Assembly: GCA_963663545.1 (NCBI GenBank)
Contig: OY760505.1
Coordinates: forward strand, 1,152,001-1,216,000
DNA length: 64,000 nt
Origin: Candidatus Delongbacteria bacterium
Lineage (GTDB): Bacteria; CAIWAD01
Reading direction: 5' to 3'
Made by a program: the position numbers and the translations under genes. Below, one piece after another: positions 47,875 through 58,740 of this stretch. The notes below the pieces were generated by a model, which ran no database searches, was not told where the DNA came from, and saw only the letters and a list, made by a program, of their open reading frames with translations. Position 1 is the stretch's first letter. Every line of letters starts with the position of its first letter.

Positions 47875-50800
47875 TCAGGCGTCGACGCGAGTCAGGCCAA
47901 TGGCTGCATCGGTGTCATTCAAGCTTATCGGCTTCAAACCCTCGGAAATTTCAGCCCTTACTAGGCGAAGAGCCAGCGTTTCCCGGCAGACCGTATCGCC
48001 GAAAGCCCTCAGCATCTCGTCGAGCGCCTCAGGTCCATAAAGTACAAGCTCAATGCGATCCGAAACATCCAGACCGCTCTCCTTGCGCAAATTCTGCACG
48101 CGGTTCACTAATTCGCGCGCCAGGCCTTCCTGTACCAGCTCCGGGGTTAGCGCGGTCTCGAGGGCAACCGTGAAGCCCTGCTCGGTGACCACCTTGTACC
48201 CCTCGCGCTCGCTGCGCTGGATTTGCAGATCCGCGAGCTCAACGGGCTGTCCAAGGACGTCCAGACTTTCGCCAGCCTCCAGTCGACTCACTTCGGCCAT
48301 ACCCCAGGTAGCAATTTCCTTGGCCACCATCGGCATTTGCTTGCCGTAGCGCTTGCCCAACTCGCGGAAATTGGGCTTCAGGCTGAGCTCCACCAGATCT
48401 GCCTCGTTGCGACTGATCTCGACCTGCTTGACGTTCAGCTCCTCGCGGATGAGCTGCTCCATGCGCGTCACGGCTTCGTCGCTCTCGCCAAGGCCTACGA
48501 CGATCAGCATCTTCGAGAGCGGCTGACGAACTTTAATCTGGTGCTGCGCGCGCAGGCTGCGTCCCAGGCGAACAGCGTGATACACCGTTGCCATGTCGCG
48601 CTCCAGCTCTGTGTCACGCAGGTTTGCATTTGCAGCTGGCCAGTCGGCCAGGTGCACGGAATCGGGTGCGCCTTTTTCGGCCGCACGTATCACACGCTGC
48701 CAAATGACTTCTGTAACGAAGGGCAGGAAAGGCGCCAACACCAGCGTCAGACGACGCACTACCTGATAGAGCGTATTGTAGGCCGAGTTCTTGTCGGCGT
48801 CGTCTTCGTTCTTCCAGAAGCGCGCCCGGCTGCGGCGGATGTACCAGTTGGAGAGCTCATCCATGTATTCCATGATCGCCTGGCTGGCACGGAACACATC
48901 GTAGGCATCCAGAGCCTGCTCGACGCTTTCCACCAGCCGCTCCGTAGTTGACAGCAGCCAGCGATCCAGCTCGCAACTTGGCGCGATGGTCGTGGCAGAC
49001 GGCTGCCAGTCGTCAACGGATGCATACGTCACGAAGAAACTGCAGATGTTCCAGTATGGAATGAGCACCTGCTTGACCGCCTCGCGTATCACATCCTCAC
49101 TGAAACGCTTGGCGTTCCAGGGATTGCTGTTGAAGAAGGTCCAGCGCACGGCGTCGGCGCCGAAGCGCTCAAAGGTCTCCATAGGATCGACCACGTTGCC
49201 GAAAGTCTTGGACATCTTGCGTCCTTCGGCATCGGCGATCAGACCGGTGCAGATCACGTTGCGGAAGCTGGATTGCCCCGTCAGAATGGTAGACACAGCC
49301 AGCATGGTGTAAAACCAGCCACGGGTCTGGTCCAGACCCTCGCAGATGAAATCCGCCGGGAACTGTGATTCAAACTTCTCCACCGAACCCGGCTTGGCGG
49401 GATAGCCCCACTGTCCCCAGGGCATCAGGCCTGCGTTGAACCAACAGTCCAGCAGATAAGGCTCACGCTCCATGCGCTTGCCACACTTCGGGCAGGCCAC
49501 GGGCACCTGATCGATCCAGGGCACGTGCATGTCCATCCCGGGATCCACCGGCTCCTTCGAGTGCTTCGCCAGATCCGCCAGCGACTCTACGCAGATTGTG
49601 TGATGGCATTCCTCGTCGCTGCAGGTCCAGACCGGCAAAGGGCTTCCCCAGTAGCGCTCGCGGCTGAGGGCCCAGTCGACATTGTTCTCGAGCCAGGTAC
49701 CGAAGCGGCCTTCCTTGATGGTTCCCGGTACCCAGTTGATGTCTTGATTGGCGCGAATCAGATCCTCGCGTACGGCAGTCGTACGAATGAACCAGCTCGA
49801 CTTGGCGTGATACATCAGCGGGCTGTCGCACTTATAGCAGAAGGGATAGGAGTGCTCGTGTTTCTCCTTGCTGAAAGAAAGGCCGCGGCCCGCCAGGTCG
49901 CGCAGGATTTCCACATCCAGCCCTTCTTCGCGGAAGTAGCGACCGGCGTAAACGCCGCATTCCTTCGTGAAACTTCCGGTGTCATCTACGTGCTGCACGC
50001 GCGGCATATCGTTCTTGCGAATCAGGCGATAGTCGTCCTCGCCGTAGAGCGCCAGATGTACAATGCCCGTGCCGTCCTCAGCAGTGACGTACTCGTCCAC
50101 TACAGTGAAGTGACCTTTGCGCCCTTCGCGATCTTCGCCTGCGAAGTAGTCCCACAGCGGCTTGTAAGCAATTCCGCCCAGCTCGCAGCCGCGAGCGCGA
50201 CGTATCACATCGTGCTCGCCATCACCCAACACCTTCTGCACCAGCGCTTCTGCCAGCACCAGAACCTGCCCTTCATGACGCACCCAGACATAGTCCAGAT
50301 CCGGCCCCAGCGCCAGCGCGACATTGCCAATCAGCGTCCAAGGCGTAGTTGTCCATGCCAGAAAGAAAGCACCCGGCTCCTCGGCGAACTCGAAGCGCGC
50401 AGTCAGCGTCAGATCAGTGACATCCTTATAACCCTGTGCTACTTCATGACTGGAGAGCGTTGTCCCACAGCGGGGACAATAGGGCATGATCTTGTAATCC
50501 TTGTACAGGAGGCCCTTGTCCCAGATCTGCTTCGTGACCCACCAGTCGGACTGGATATAGTCGTTGGTCAGCGTGGCATAGTTGTCTTCCAAATCCAGAA
50601 AGCGGCCGATGCGACGAATGGCCGTCTCCCACTCGTCTTTGAAACGGAAGACGGTGCTACGGCAGTGCTCCTGGAAACGTTCGATACCGAAGGCGGGAAT
50701 CTCGCTCTTGTCCTTGATTCCCAGCTCCTTCTCGGCCTTCAGCTCCACGGGCAAGCCGTGGGTGTCCCAACCGGCGCGGCGTATCACGCGGTTGCCCTGC

Positions 50801-51027
50801 ATGGTTTTATAGCGCGGCCACAAATCCTTGAGCGCGCTCTGCATCATATGCCCAACGTGGGGCAGGCCGTTGGTCCCCGGAGGGCCATCGTAAAAAACCC
50901 AGTCCGGACAGCCCTTGCGCTGCTCAAGACTGCGTTCGAAAACCCGCTCTTTCTCCCAGAAAGTGAGGATCGTCTGTTCCAGTTCAGGGAAGGATACGTT
51001 CTGCGGGACGGGTTGATATCTGCTCAC
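47875..51027 (-). CDS. ileS: Isoleucine--tRNA ligase (type 2)
   Basis: FYDGPP, HVGH, GWDTHGLPVE, WTTTPWTL, EGLDQTRGWFY, KMSKT. Confidence 0.97.
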   Translation of the reverse strand: MSRYQPVPQNVSFPELEQTILTFWEKERVFERSLEQRKGCPDWVFYDGPPGTNGLPHVGHMMQSALKDLWPRYKTMQGNRVIRRAGWDTHGLPVELKAEKELGIKDKSEIPAFGIERFQEHCRSTVFRFKDEWETAIRRIGRFLDLEDNYATLTNDYIQSDWWVTKQIWDKGLLYKDYKIMPYCPRCGTTLSSHEVAQGYKDVTDLTLTARFEFAEEPGAFFLAWTTTPWTLIGNVALALGPDLDYVWVRHEGQVLVLAEALVQKVLGDGEHDVIRRARGCELGGIAYKPLWDYFAGEDREGRKGHFTVVDEYVTAEDGTGIVHLALYGEDDYRLIRKNDMPRVQHVDDTGSFTKECGVYAGRYFREEGLDVEILRDLAGRGLSFSKEKHEHSYPFCYKCDSPLMYHAKSSWFIRTTAVREDLIRANQDINWVPGTIKEGRFGTWLENNVDWALSRERYWGSPLPVWTCSDEECHHTICVESLADLAKHSKEPVDPGMDMHVPWIDQVPVACPKCGKRMEREPYLLDCWFNAGLMPWGQWGYPAKPGSVEKFESQFPADFICEGLDQTRGWFYTMLAVSTILTGQSSFRNVICTGLIADAEGRKMSKTFGNVVDPMETFERFGADAVRWTFFNSNPWNAKRFSEDVIREAVKQVLIPYWNICSFFVTYASVDDWQPSATTIAPSCELDRWLLSTTERLVESVEQALDAYDVFRASQAIMEYMDELSNWYIRRSRARFWKNEDDADKNSAYNTLYQVVRRLTLVLAPFLPFVTEVIWQRVIRAAEKGAPDSVHLADWPAANANLRDTELERDMATVYHAVRLGRSLRAQHQIKVRQPLSKMLIVVGLGESDEAVTRMEQLIREELNVKQVEISRNEADLVELSLKPNFRELGKRYGKQMPMVAKEIATWGMAEVSRLEAGESLDVLGQPVELADLQIQRSEREGYKVVTEQGFTVALETALTPELVQEGLARELVNRVQNLRKESGLDVSDRIELVLYGPEALDEMLRAFGDTVCRETLALRLVRAEISEGLKPISLNDTDAAIGLTRVDA

Positions 51028-51051
51028 GATTTCCTCAAATCAATCAGCGTA

Positions 51052-51894
51052 TCACAGCGCGGCAACACGTGATACAACAGCGGTCACCAGACTGGTCAAA
51101 TGGGGTTCCGCCCCATTGGCCACAGCCACAATTTCCTCTTCCGAGACGGGGACCAGCGCCTCAGGGAAACACTCGTCGGTAATCACCGAAAAACCGCACA
51201 CGCGAATACCCGCGTGGCGCGCGATAATGCACTCGGGCACCGTGCTCATTCCCACAACATCGGAACCGATGATGCGCAGGAAGCGGTACTCGGCGCGCGT
51301 TTCCAGATTGGGTCCGGCGACGGCGGTGTACACGCCCTTCTGTAACGGAATGCGCAGGCGCAGGGCCTCCTCTTCTGCAATTGCAATCAACTCGCGATCG
51401 TAGGCCGCACTCATATCGGGGAAGCGCGGACCGAAATCATCCAGGTTCGGACCGATGAGTGGATTGTCCCCCAGCAGGTTGACGTGATCCTCGATCACCA
51501 TCAACTCGCCCTTGCGGTACTGAGGATTGACACAGCCGCAGGCATTGCTCACCAACAGGTAGTCTACACCAAGGCGCTTCAGCACACGCACCGGAAAGGT
51601 GATTTGCTGCATGCTGTAGCCTTCGTAGTAGTGGAAGCGTCCCTGCATGACGAGCACGGGAATCCCTCTCAGCCGGCCAGCAAGCAGACGCCCCTGGTGA
51701 CACTCCACCGTGGACAGCGGGAAATGGGGGATGTGCTCGTAGTCGAACTCGTGCTGGATCTCCAGATCCTTCACCAGCGCGCCAAGGCCGGTCCCCAGAA
51801 TAATCGCGACACGCGCGTCGAAGTCGCCCAGCCGCTCCTGCAGCCAGTCACTGGCCTCGGCGATCTCGCGAATCATTTTATCTCGATCGAACAT
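51052..51894 (-). CDS. punA: Purine-nucleoside phosphorylase (trimeric family)
   Basis: ILGTGLG, GRFHYYEG, GPNLETRAE, VGMSTVPE. Confidence 0.93.
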   Translation of the reverse strand: MFDRDKMIREIAEASDWLQERLGDFDARVAIILGTGLGALVKDLEIQHEFDYEHIPHFPLSTVECHQGRLLAGRLRGIPVLVMQGRFHYYEGYSMQQITFPVRVLKRLGVDYLLVSNACGCVNPQYRKGELMVIEDHVNLLGDNPLIGPNLDDFGPRFPDMSAAYDRELIAIAEEEALRLRIPLQKGVYTAVAGPNLETRAEYRFLRIIGSDVVGMSTVPECIIARHAGIRVCGFSVITDECFPEALVPVSEEEIVAVANGAEPHLTSLVTAVVSRVAAL

Positions 51895-51896
51895 GT

Positions 51897-52382
51897 TCAG
51901 CCTTCCTGGTTCTCCTGAAAGGAGGGGTCACCATCTGTATCACGCGCCAACACTTCCAGCAATTCCTGCTGGCTGGCCAGAGCATGGCGCATCCGACTAA
52001 GAAACGCCTGCTTCTGCGTACGCAGCGCTTCCAACTCATCGTGCAGATGCTGAATACGCTTGCGCACCTGCTGCAATTGCTGTTCGGCCTTCAGCTCCGC
52101 CTCGCGCATAATCAGATCGGCTTCACGCTTGGCGTTCTCGCGAGTCTCCTCGCTGTTGGAGCGAGCAGCCAACATTGTATCACGCAGTCCCTGCTCCAGG
52201 CTGCGATAGTGATCCAAATCGCCGCGCAGTTGATCCAGCTCGCGACGCTGCTCTTCCTGTCTGCGCAACAACTGGTCGTAATCATCCGCCAGGCTGCCCA
52301 GAAAGGCGCGTACTTCATCCACGTCATATCCGCGCAGCCCGCGCGTAAACTCGGCGGATCGAATTTCCTGTACCGAAAGCAT
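51897..52382 (-). CDS. DivIVA domain protein
   Basis: EF.RGLRGYDVDEV..FL then coiled coil. Confidence 0.92.
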   Translation of the reverse strand: MLSVQEIRSAEFTRGLRGYDVDEVRAFLGSLADDYDQLLRRQEEQRRELDQLRGDLDHYRSLEQGLRDTMLAARSNSEETRENAKREADLIMREAELKAEQQLQQVRKRIQHLHDELEALRTQKQAFLSRMRHALASQQELLEVLARDTDGDPSFQENQEG

Positions 52383-52395
52383 TCGCCCTCCCGGC

Positions 52396-52650
52396 CTACC
52401 AGCGTCCGCAAATCAAACCCGTCAGCAACCACTCAGCCAGAAAGGTGAGCAGAAAGACGACGACCGGTGACAGATCAAAGCGCCCGGCAGGCGGAACAAA
52501 TCCGCGCACTTTGGCGAAGACGGGCTCTGTGTAACGTCGGACGAATACCACAGCCGGATGCGCAGGATCCACCTCGATCCAGCTCAACACCGCAGCAACG
52601 ATAATCAGCAGACGGTAGATCTGGGCGATAAAGCCAATGACCTGATCCAT
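52396..52650 (-). CDS. YggT family membrane protein
   Basis: LSW...DP.HP...TEP...R..VPP....DLSP. Confidence 0.9.
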   Translation of the reverse strand: MDQVIGFIAQIYRLLIIVAAVLSWIEVDPAHPAVVFVRRYTEPVFAKVRGFVPPAGRFDLSPVVVFLLTFLAEWLLTGLICGRW

Positions 52651-52670
52651 GGGGCCTCCTCGCTGTTCCT

Positions 52671-53372
52671 TCAGCTATACAAAAGGCTGCCGATGCGCAA
52701 CATGGTCGCGCCCTCGGCAACGGCTTCTTCGAAATCTCCGCTCATCCCCATCGACAACTCCTCGAAAGGAGTGTCACCGTAACGCGTTTTCAATTCCCTG
52801 CGCAAGGCGGCGAGTCGTTTAAATGCATCACGAGCCTCGGCGCGTGTTCCAAGCGGTGCCATTCCCATCAATCCGCGCACACGCAATCCAGGCAACTGTA
52901 ACACGGTCTCGGCTTCTGCTAGAAGGCTTTCCTTCGTGAAGCCCTGTTTCTGCTCTTCCTGTGCCACGTTGACTTCCAGCAGAAGATCCTGTATCACGCC
53001 CTGTGCAACAGCCGCTTTGCTTAGCGCCTCAGCCAACCGCAGGCTGTCAACTCCATGCAAGAGACCAAACCGCCCGACGACGAGGGCTACCTTGTTGCGC
53101 TGCAGGTGACCAATGAAATGCCATTCCACCGGCTGACACTCTGCGCATTGTGATGCAAAGAACTCAAGTTTCTGGCGTGCCGTCTGAACACGGTTCTCTG
53201 CGAAAACTTCCAATCCCGCAGCTCGCAACTCCAGCATCTGGTTCGCCTCCAGATACTTGGTCACACCGATCACCTTGACACGCTGCCCCAACGCAACAAC
53301 ACGCAGCACAGCCTCGATCCGCTCACGGATCTCTTTCAGTCTGCCTGCTACGTGCTCCCGCCCGCAGTTCAT
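52671..53372 (-). CDS. yggS: YggS PLP homeostasis protein
   Basis: VTK, ENRVQ, WHFIGHLQRNK, LSMGMSGDF, RIGS; ATG 53372. Confidence 0.94.
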   Translation of the reverse strand: MNCGREHVAGRLKEIRERIEAVLRVVALGQRVKVIGVTKYLEANQMLELRAAGLEVFAENRVQTARQKLEFFASQCAECQPVEWHFIGHLQRNKVALVVGRFGLLHGVDSLRLAEALSKAAVAQGVIQDLLLEVNVAQEEQKQGFTKESLLAEAETVLQLPGLRVRGLMGMAPLGTRAEARDAFKRLAALRRELKTRYGDTPFEELSMGMSGDFEEAVAEGATMLRIGSLLYS

Positions 53373-53454
53373 CTTCGCCTCAAAATGATGGAAACAAGTA
53401 ATATAGCCGTAGCAGGGGAAGGAACAAACGCTGGTAGAAAGGAAAGGCAAGGAC

Positions 53455-54153
53455 ATGCTCAATCCGAACCGGAATCTGGTTTACTCGGTGCTCAAGCGCG
53501 GTTTGGAATTGTGGTCGATGGAATTCGTGCGATTTCTCGCCTTCGGCCTCTTCATGGTCCTGCTTTCGACAGCTGCAGGCATGCTACCAATCATCGGTCT
53601 TGCGTTGGGATTGGCAATTGAAGGCCCCCTGGTTGCAGGTCTTCTCGTCGCCGCAAAGCTTACCGCCAACGGCGAAACACCGACGCTGCAGGCCTTTGCA
53701 GAAGGCGGGCGTCGCTTCGAGAGCCTATTACTGCTCTCGCTAGTCTCGCAGCTGATCTGTCTGCTAGGAGGCATTTTGTTGGTTGTCCCCTATTTCCTTT
53801 TGAGCACAGCATTGGCTGTTGTACTTCCGGTGATGGTCTTCGAACAGCTGCCGTTGCGCGATTGCCTTGTTCGCTCCTGGCAATTGGTACGGCCGCGCTT
53901 TCTTCCCGTCCTGGGCTTGATTGTCATTGTCGAGCTAATTCAGGGAGTACTTTCCCTGCCGTTACTGAAGCAGATGATCAGCTCGACACAGCCTGCGCCG
54001 AACGTGCTTTTTCCTGTGTTACTCGGCATGATGTTGTTGGGCCCGCTGATGGGAATCTGGACCTGGCTGCTCTATGAGGCGCTGGCCCATCCCACTGATC
54101 GCAGTGCGTGGACAGATGATCTCGAACCCGCCAAGGGCGAGGATGCGGATTAG
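53455..54153 (+). CDS. Multi-pass membrane protein of unknown function
   Basis: Five to six hydrophobic segments; ..L.RSW.L motif; AAGGA RBS. Confidence 0.75.
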   Translation: MLNPNRNLVYSVLKRGLELWSMEFVRFLAFGLFMVLLSTAAGMLPIIGLALGLAIEGPLVAGLLVAAKLTANGETPTLQAFAEGGRRFESLLLLSLVSQLICLLGGILLVVPYFLLSTALAVVLPVMVFEQLPLRDCLVRSWQLVRPRFLPVLGLIVIVELIQGVLSLPLLKQMISSTQPAPNVLFPVLLGMMLLGPLMGIWTWLLYEALAHPTDRSAWTDDLEPAKGEDAD

Positions 54154-55421
54154 GACATGCGCTGAAGCACCGCCATGAAAGTGCCGTCGTGATCGCCGCA
54201 GGAAGGGTCAAGTCGTAGCCAGCCTTTGCAGACGGGTCCACCAAGAGGATGGGGAAAATCGCAAAGGGCGAATTGATCGTTCTCGGCAAGGAATTCGCGC
54301 ACCTGATCCTCGTTTTCCTCGGGAAGCAAGCTGCAAGTAGAATACACCAGTCGCCCCCCTACACGCAGACGTCGAGCGGCGATGCGCAGCAGACGGGCTT
54401 GAATATCGAGCAACTCGCCAAAACTCTCGACGCCCTGGCGAGCGCGCAAATCCGGATTGCGCCGCAGCGTGCCACTGTTGGAACAGGGTGCATCAACGAG
54501 CACACCGTGGTAGGGCTGCCCACCCGGTGGGATTTGGCCATCCCAGTGATACAACTGCAAATTGAACTGCTGAGTGCGACGCGCGCGACGACGTAACTCG
54601 CGCAGACGTCCCTCGTGGATGTCGCACGCCATTACCAGCCCACGCCCCTCCATCATCGATGCGAGTTGCAGCGTCTTGCCACCCGCTCCGGCACACAAGT
54701 CCAGCCAGCGTTGGCCAGGCTTTGGATCACAACAAATGCCGATTGCCTGGCTCGCTGGATCCTGTAACACAAAAACGCCCTCTCGAAAGGCGCGCGTGCT
54801 GTAAATATCCTGTCGGCAAATGGCGCGCACGCAGCCCGACAACACTGGGTGCGGACGCAACTCGCGCAAGCCGGGTCCGATCATTTCCTTCAACTCGGCG
54901 GAAGACAGAGTACTGCGCAACCAGAGCGTTGGTGGCCTTACGCTGGCAACAGCCAAACGCCAAGCGTCAATATCGCGTGGCAAACGCGTGAGGATCCATT
55001 CTGGAAGCAGATTCTCAGGAGTGGGTTCGGCAAGCTGAAAACGCTGTCCAATCCAAGTCAGCTTCTTTTGCAGCAACTCAAGTTCGGCCAGATCGACAGA
55101 ACCCAGCTCACGGCCAGGATTCATCGCCTGCCAGGGTACGCTCTCAGGACCGCGCGGCGCGAGCGCGGGTTGATCTTCGAGCAAACACGCGGCCTGTAAA
55201 GCTTCTTCCAACGGCAAGCGCTCAGGCAGAACCGTAAACCAGTGATACCAGGCACGAACGATGTACAGCATGCGGGCACGTGTATCACCCGACAGATCTT
55301 CTTCGCGGAAAAGCAGGCTCAGCGTTCGATCGGCGCGATGGCCCTCTTGCACGGCTTGAATAACGCGGTGCAAAAGTGTTAGCTCCGATACGTGCTGGCT
55401 ACGTTGTCCGCGCTGCGTCAT
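54150..55421 (-). CDS. RsmB/NOP family SAM-dependent RNA methyltransferase
   Basis: QDPASQ, DLCAGAGGKT, DAPCS.SG..RRNPD, YSTCS...EENE. Confidence 0.92.
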   Translation of the reverse strand: MTQRGQRSQHVSELTLLHRVIQAVQEGHRADRTLSLLFREEDLSGDTRARMLYIVRAWYHWFTVLPERLPLEEALQAACLLEDQPALAPRGPESVPWQAMNPGRELGSVDLAELELLQKKLTWIGQRFQLAEPTPENLLPEWILTRLPRDIDAWRLAVASVRPPTLWLRSTLSSAELKEMIGPGLRELRPHPVLSGCVRAICRQDIYSTRAFREGVFVLQDPASQAIGICCDPKPGQRWLDLCAGAGGKTLQLASMMEGRGLVMACDIHEGRLRELRRRARRTQQFNLQLYHWDGQIPPGGQPYHGVLVDAPCSNSGTLRRNPDLRARQGVESFGELLDIQARLLRIAARRLRVGGRLVYSTCSLLPEENEDQVREFLAENDQFALCDFPHPLGGPVCKGWLRLDPSCGDHDGTFMAVLQRMS

Positions 55422-55422
55422 A

Positions 55423-56193
55423 CTAGGCTCCCGATCCACGATGAACAACTGTTGCAGCGGCCTGACAAGTGGGGAAAAGGACGATCTCACTCACCTGCAC
55501 ATGCGGTGGTTGTGTCACAACCCAGCGCACGGCCTCGGCGACATCTGCTGGTCCGAGCGGTGTCAGATCGTGATACACGGCATCAGCCTTGCCCTTGTCA
55601 CCGCGAAATCGTGTCACAGAAAACTCTGTCTCTACAAGTCCGGGATCGATGGTTGTAACACGCAACGGTGTGCGCACCAGATCCATTCCCAGTCCACGTG
55701 TCAGTGCAAGTTCCGCCGCCTTGGTGGCGCAATAGACAGCGCCGCCAGGATAGGTCTGTCGCCCGGCAATAGAGCCGATATTGACGATGTGGCCACGACC
55801 GCGCTCGATCATGCCCGGCACAATGGCGCGCGTCATGGTCAGCAAAGCACGCACATTGGTGTCAAGAACAACATCCCATTCGGCGGGATCACCCTCTTGC
55901 AGTGGATCCACGCCAATAGCGAGGCCAGCATTGTTCACCAGCACATCAATGGCCGAAAAGTCCTCGGGCAGCTCCGACAAGGCGCGCAAAACCTCTTCAC
56001 GCTGGCGAAGATCAACAACCAGCGGAAACACACGACAGCCGCAAGTTGACAACTCTGCAGCCAGAGCTTCGAGACGATCGCGGCGACGTGCTACGGCAAT
56101 CAAATCGTAACCGGCATGGGCCAGGACTCGGCATGTATCGCGACCGATTCCGGCAGAAGCTCCGGTAACAAGTGCTACAGAACGTTTTTCCAT
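55423..56193 (-). CDS. SDR oxidoreductase (YdfG-like)
   Basis: TGASAGIG, NNAG, YCATK, PGLVETEFS. Confidence 0.93.
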   Translation of the reverse strand: MEKRSVALVTGASAGIGRDTCRVLAHAGYDLIAVARRRDRLEALAAELSTCGCRVFPLVVDLRQREEVLRALSELPEDFSAIDVLVNNAGLAIGVDPLQEGDPAEWDVVLDTNVRALLTMTRAIVPGMIERGRGHIVNIGSIAGRQTYPGGAVYCATKAAELALTRGLGMDLVRTPLRVTTIDPGLVETEFSVTRFRGDKGKADAVYHDLTPLGPADVAEAVRWVVTQPPHVQVSEIVLFPTCQAAATVVHRGSGA

Positions 56194-56203
56194 AGTAATC
56201 CTT

Positions 56204-56968
56204 TCAGCGATGCAGCCTCTCTACGATGGGCATCGACAGGCAGTGCGGGAGGAAACGGGCCAATCGGTAGGTCCAGGCACTGGCAGCGTCAGGAAAGATC
56301 AAGCGATGGCCACGCTTCCAATCACGATAAGCGATGGTAGCCACTCGTTCAGCGCGTTGCATCCGCCTGTTGAACAGGGTGCTTTGCGCCATGCCCGCTT
56401 CATCAGCAAAGCCTGTTTTCACCGGACCAGGACACAAGCATGAAACGTGAAGCGCTGTGTCACGAAGCTCGTAATGCAACGCTTCAGCAAAGTGTGTCAC
56501 GAAAGACTTGCTGGCGTAATACAAAGCCATCAGTGGACCGGGCAAAGCTGCTGCAATAGAGGCAACAAAGAGAATACCGCCGGCGTTGCGCTCTTTCATT
56601 CCTGGCAGCAGAAGACGCGTAAGCTCGACCGGCGCAGCCATATTCACAGACATCAATTCCAGCTGTCTACGGTAGTCCTGCTCATGAAAAACACCGCCCA
56701 TACCAAAGCCGGCATTATTCACCAGCACGTCTACTTTCAGATCACGCTCGTCCAGCAACCAGCAAAGCCGCCGGGCGCTTTCGTGATCCGCAAGGTTCAG
56801 CGGTATGCACTCGCAGCTGCGGCCGTGTTCCCGTTTCAGCTCACGCGCCAGTTGATAGAGTTCGTCCTCCCGGCGAGCAATGAGAACCAGGCTGTAGCCA
56901 TCTTTGGCGAATTCGCGTGCTAGTGCGCGTCCAATTCCAGAGGAAGCGCCGGTAATCAGTGCAAGCAT
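56204..56968 (-). CDS. SDR oxidoreductase (DltE-like)
   Basis: TGASSGIG, NNAGFG, YYASK, PGPVKT; ATG 56968. Confidence 0.92.
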   Translation of the reverse strand: MLALITGASSGIGRALAREFAKDGYSLVLIARREDELYQLARELKREHGRSCECIPLNLADHESARRLCWLLDERDLKVDVLVNNAGFGMGGVFHEQDYRRQLELMSVNMAAPVELTRLLLPGMKERNAGGILFVASIAAALPGPLMALYYASKSFVTHFAEALHYELRDTALHVSCLCPGPVKTGFADEAGMAQSTLFNRRMQRAERVATIAYRDWKRGHRLIFPDAASAWTYRLARFLPHCLSMPIVERLHR

Positions 56969-57182
56969 GGAGTCTTTCCTTAAACGAAGGAGCAATATCC
57001 CTTTAGCCGGCCGCTGGAACAAACCTGCAACCAAAGACCGATCGCACTTGCAGGGCATGGCCGGATGCATTTGCCTTCATTTTGAACTCACACGTATCAC
57101 GGAGGTTGGCCCGAAAGCACCCAATGCCATACCTTATTGTATGGAATACAATGGCCCAGTGCCACCGGCGAAACGGGAGTGA

Positions 57183-58691
57183 ATGATGCCCAATGCTATT
57201 GATCTGTTAAAGGAACGGCTGTACACAGTACTTGATCTAAACTCAGCTGCTGGCGTGCTTAGTTGGGACCAGCACACCTACATGCCGAAGGGCGGACTCG
57301 AGGCACGCGTACGCCAGATGACAACCCTTGAATCCATGTCTCACGAGGTTTTCAGTGCCAGCGCTACCGGGGAGTTGCTGGCCCGTGCGGAAGAAGCTGT
57401 GGCAAAGCTCGATCCAGAGAGCGATGAAGCACGTATGGTGCGTGTGATACGTCGCGAATACAATCAGGCTGTCAAATTGCCAGCAGCGTTAGTCGAAGAA
57501 AAGTCGCGTATCACGGGAAAGGCGATGGATGCCTGGATGGCATGTAAACCGGCCAATGATTTCGCCGGTTTTCGTCCCCATCTGGAAGCGATCTTCTCCA
57601 TTTGCCGTCGTGAAGCCGAAGCCCTGGGCTATGCCGAGCAACCCTATGATGCCCTGCTCGGGAGATACGAGCCCGGCATGCTTACCAGCAAACTCAAGGC
57701 GGTCTTTGATGAGGTAAAGCAGGATCTCGTCCCGCTTTGCAAGAGCATTTTTGAGCGCAACAGTCAGGTGGACGACGCGTGTCTGTACGGCGATTTTGAT
57801 CCGCAGGCGCAGTGGGATCTTGGCATTAGTGTGTTGGAAGCCATGGGCTACAATTTCGACAATGGTCGCCAGGACCAAAGCCCACACCCCTTCACTACTG
57901 AATTCGGCGTCGGGGACGTGCGTGTTACAACGCGCATTCATCGCGACGACTTCAAGGCCGGGCTCTTTGGCACTATGCACGAAGGCGGTCATGCGCTATA
58001 CGAGCAAAACGTATCACAGCTCTACGATCGCACCTATCTGGCAGGTGGAACGAGTCTGGGAATTCACGAGAGTCAGAGTCGTCTATGGGAGAACCTGGTT
58101 GGCCGTAGCCCGCAGTTCTGCCAGTGGCTCTTCCCGCGTGTACGCAAGCTATTTCCCGCGCAATTCGGTCAAATGGATGATACGGCCTTCTACCGTGCTA
58201 TCAATCGCGTGAAACCCAGCCTGATTCGCATCGAGGCCGATGAAGTAACCTACAGTCTGCACGTCTTCCTGCGCTTCGAGCTAGAATTGGAACTGCTTTC
58301 AGGGGAACTGAAGGTGGCCGATTTGCCTGAAGCCTGGAACGCAAAGATGCAGAGTTACCTGGGCATCAAGCCCGCAAGCGACAAAGAAGGCTGTCTGCAG
58401 GACATGCACTGGTCCGACGCAACGGTAGGCTACTTCCCCACTTATGCGCTGGGTAATCTCTACGGCGTGCAGATCTGGAACACAGCCCACAAGCGCCTTC
58501 CACAATTGAAACAACAGCTGGCACAGGGCGATCTGACGCCCTTGCGCGAATGGCTGAGCGACCAGGTATACACTCACGGTCGCAAGTACGATGCGCCGGA
58601 ACTGGTGCAACGTATCACGGGCGAGCCACTGAAGGCCAAGTACTTCGTCGAGTATTTGCGCGAAAAGTACACACCCGTCTACGGCCTGTAA
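57183..58691 (+). CDS. Carboxypeptidase M32
   Basis: HPF, DVRVT, HEGGH, HESQS, IRIEAD, GCLQD.HW, GYFPTY. Confidence 0.96.
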   Translation: MMPNAIDLLKERLYTVLDLNSAAGVLSWDQHTYMPKGGLEARVRQMTTLESMSHEVFSASATGELLARAEEAVAKLDPESDEARMVRVIRREYNQAVKLPAALVEEKSRITGKAMDAWMACKPANDFAGFRPHLEAIFSICRREAEALGYAEQPYDALLGRYEPGMLTSKLKAVFDEVKQDLVPLCKSIFERNSQVDDACLYGDFDPQAQWDLGISVLEAMGYNFDNGRQDQSPHPFTTEFGVGDVRVTTRIHRDDFKAGLFGTMHEGGHALYEQNVSQLYDRTYLAGGTSLGIHESQSRLWENLVGRSPQFCQWLFPRVRKLFPAQFGQMDDTAFYRAINRVKPSLIRIEADEVTYSLHVFLRFELELELLSGELKVADLPEAWNAKMQSYLGIKPASDKEGCLQDMHWSDATVGYFPTYALGNLYGVQIWNTAHKRLPQLKQQLAQGDLTPLREWLSDQVYTHGRKYDAPELVQRITGEPLKAKYFVEYLREKYTPVYGL

Positions 58692-58713
58692 CACGCGTCG
58701 ACATAGTATTACG

Positions 58714-58736
58714 AGGGGCCGGAAAACCGGCCCTTT
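58714..58736. terminator. Terminator between convergent genes
   Basis: GGGCCGG-aaaa-CCGGCCCTTT. Confidence 0.75.
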
Positions 58737-58740
58737 GTTG

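Noticed and set aside
49525..51072. Long antisense ORFs (also 61479..62849, 27404..28711, 34670..35722)
   Set aside because: Shadow frames opposite well-supported genes in high-GC DNA; no recognisable motifs.
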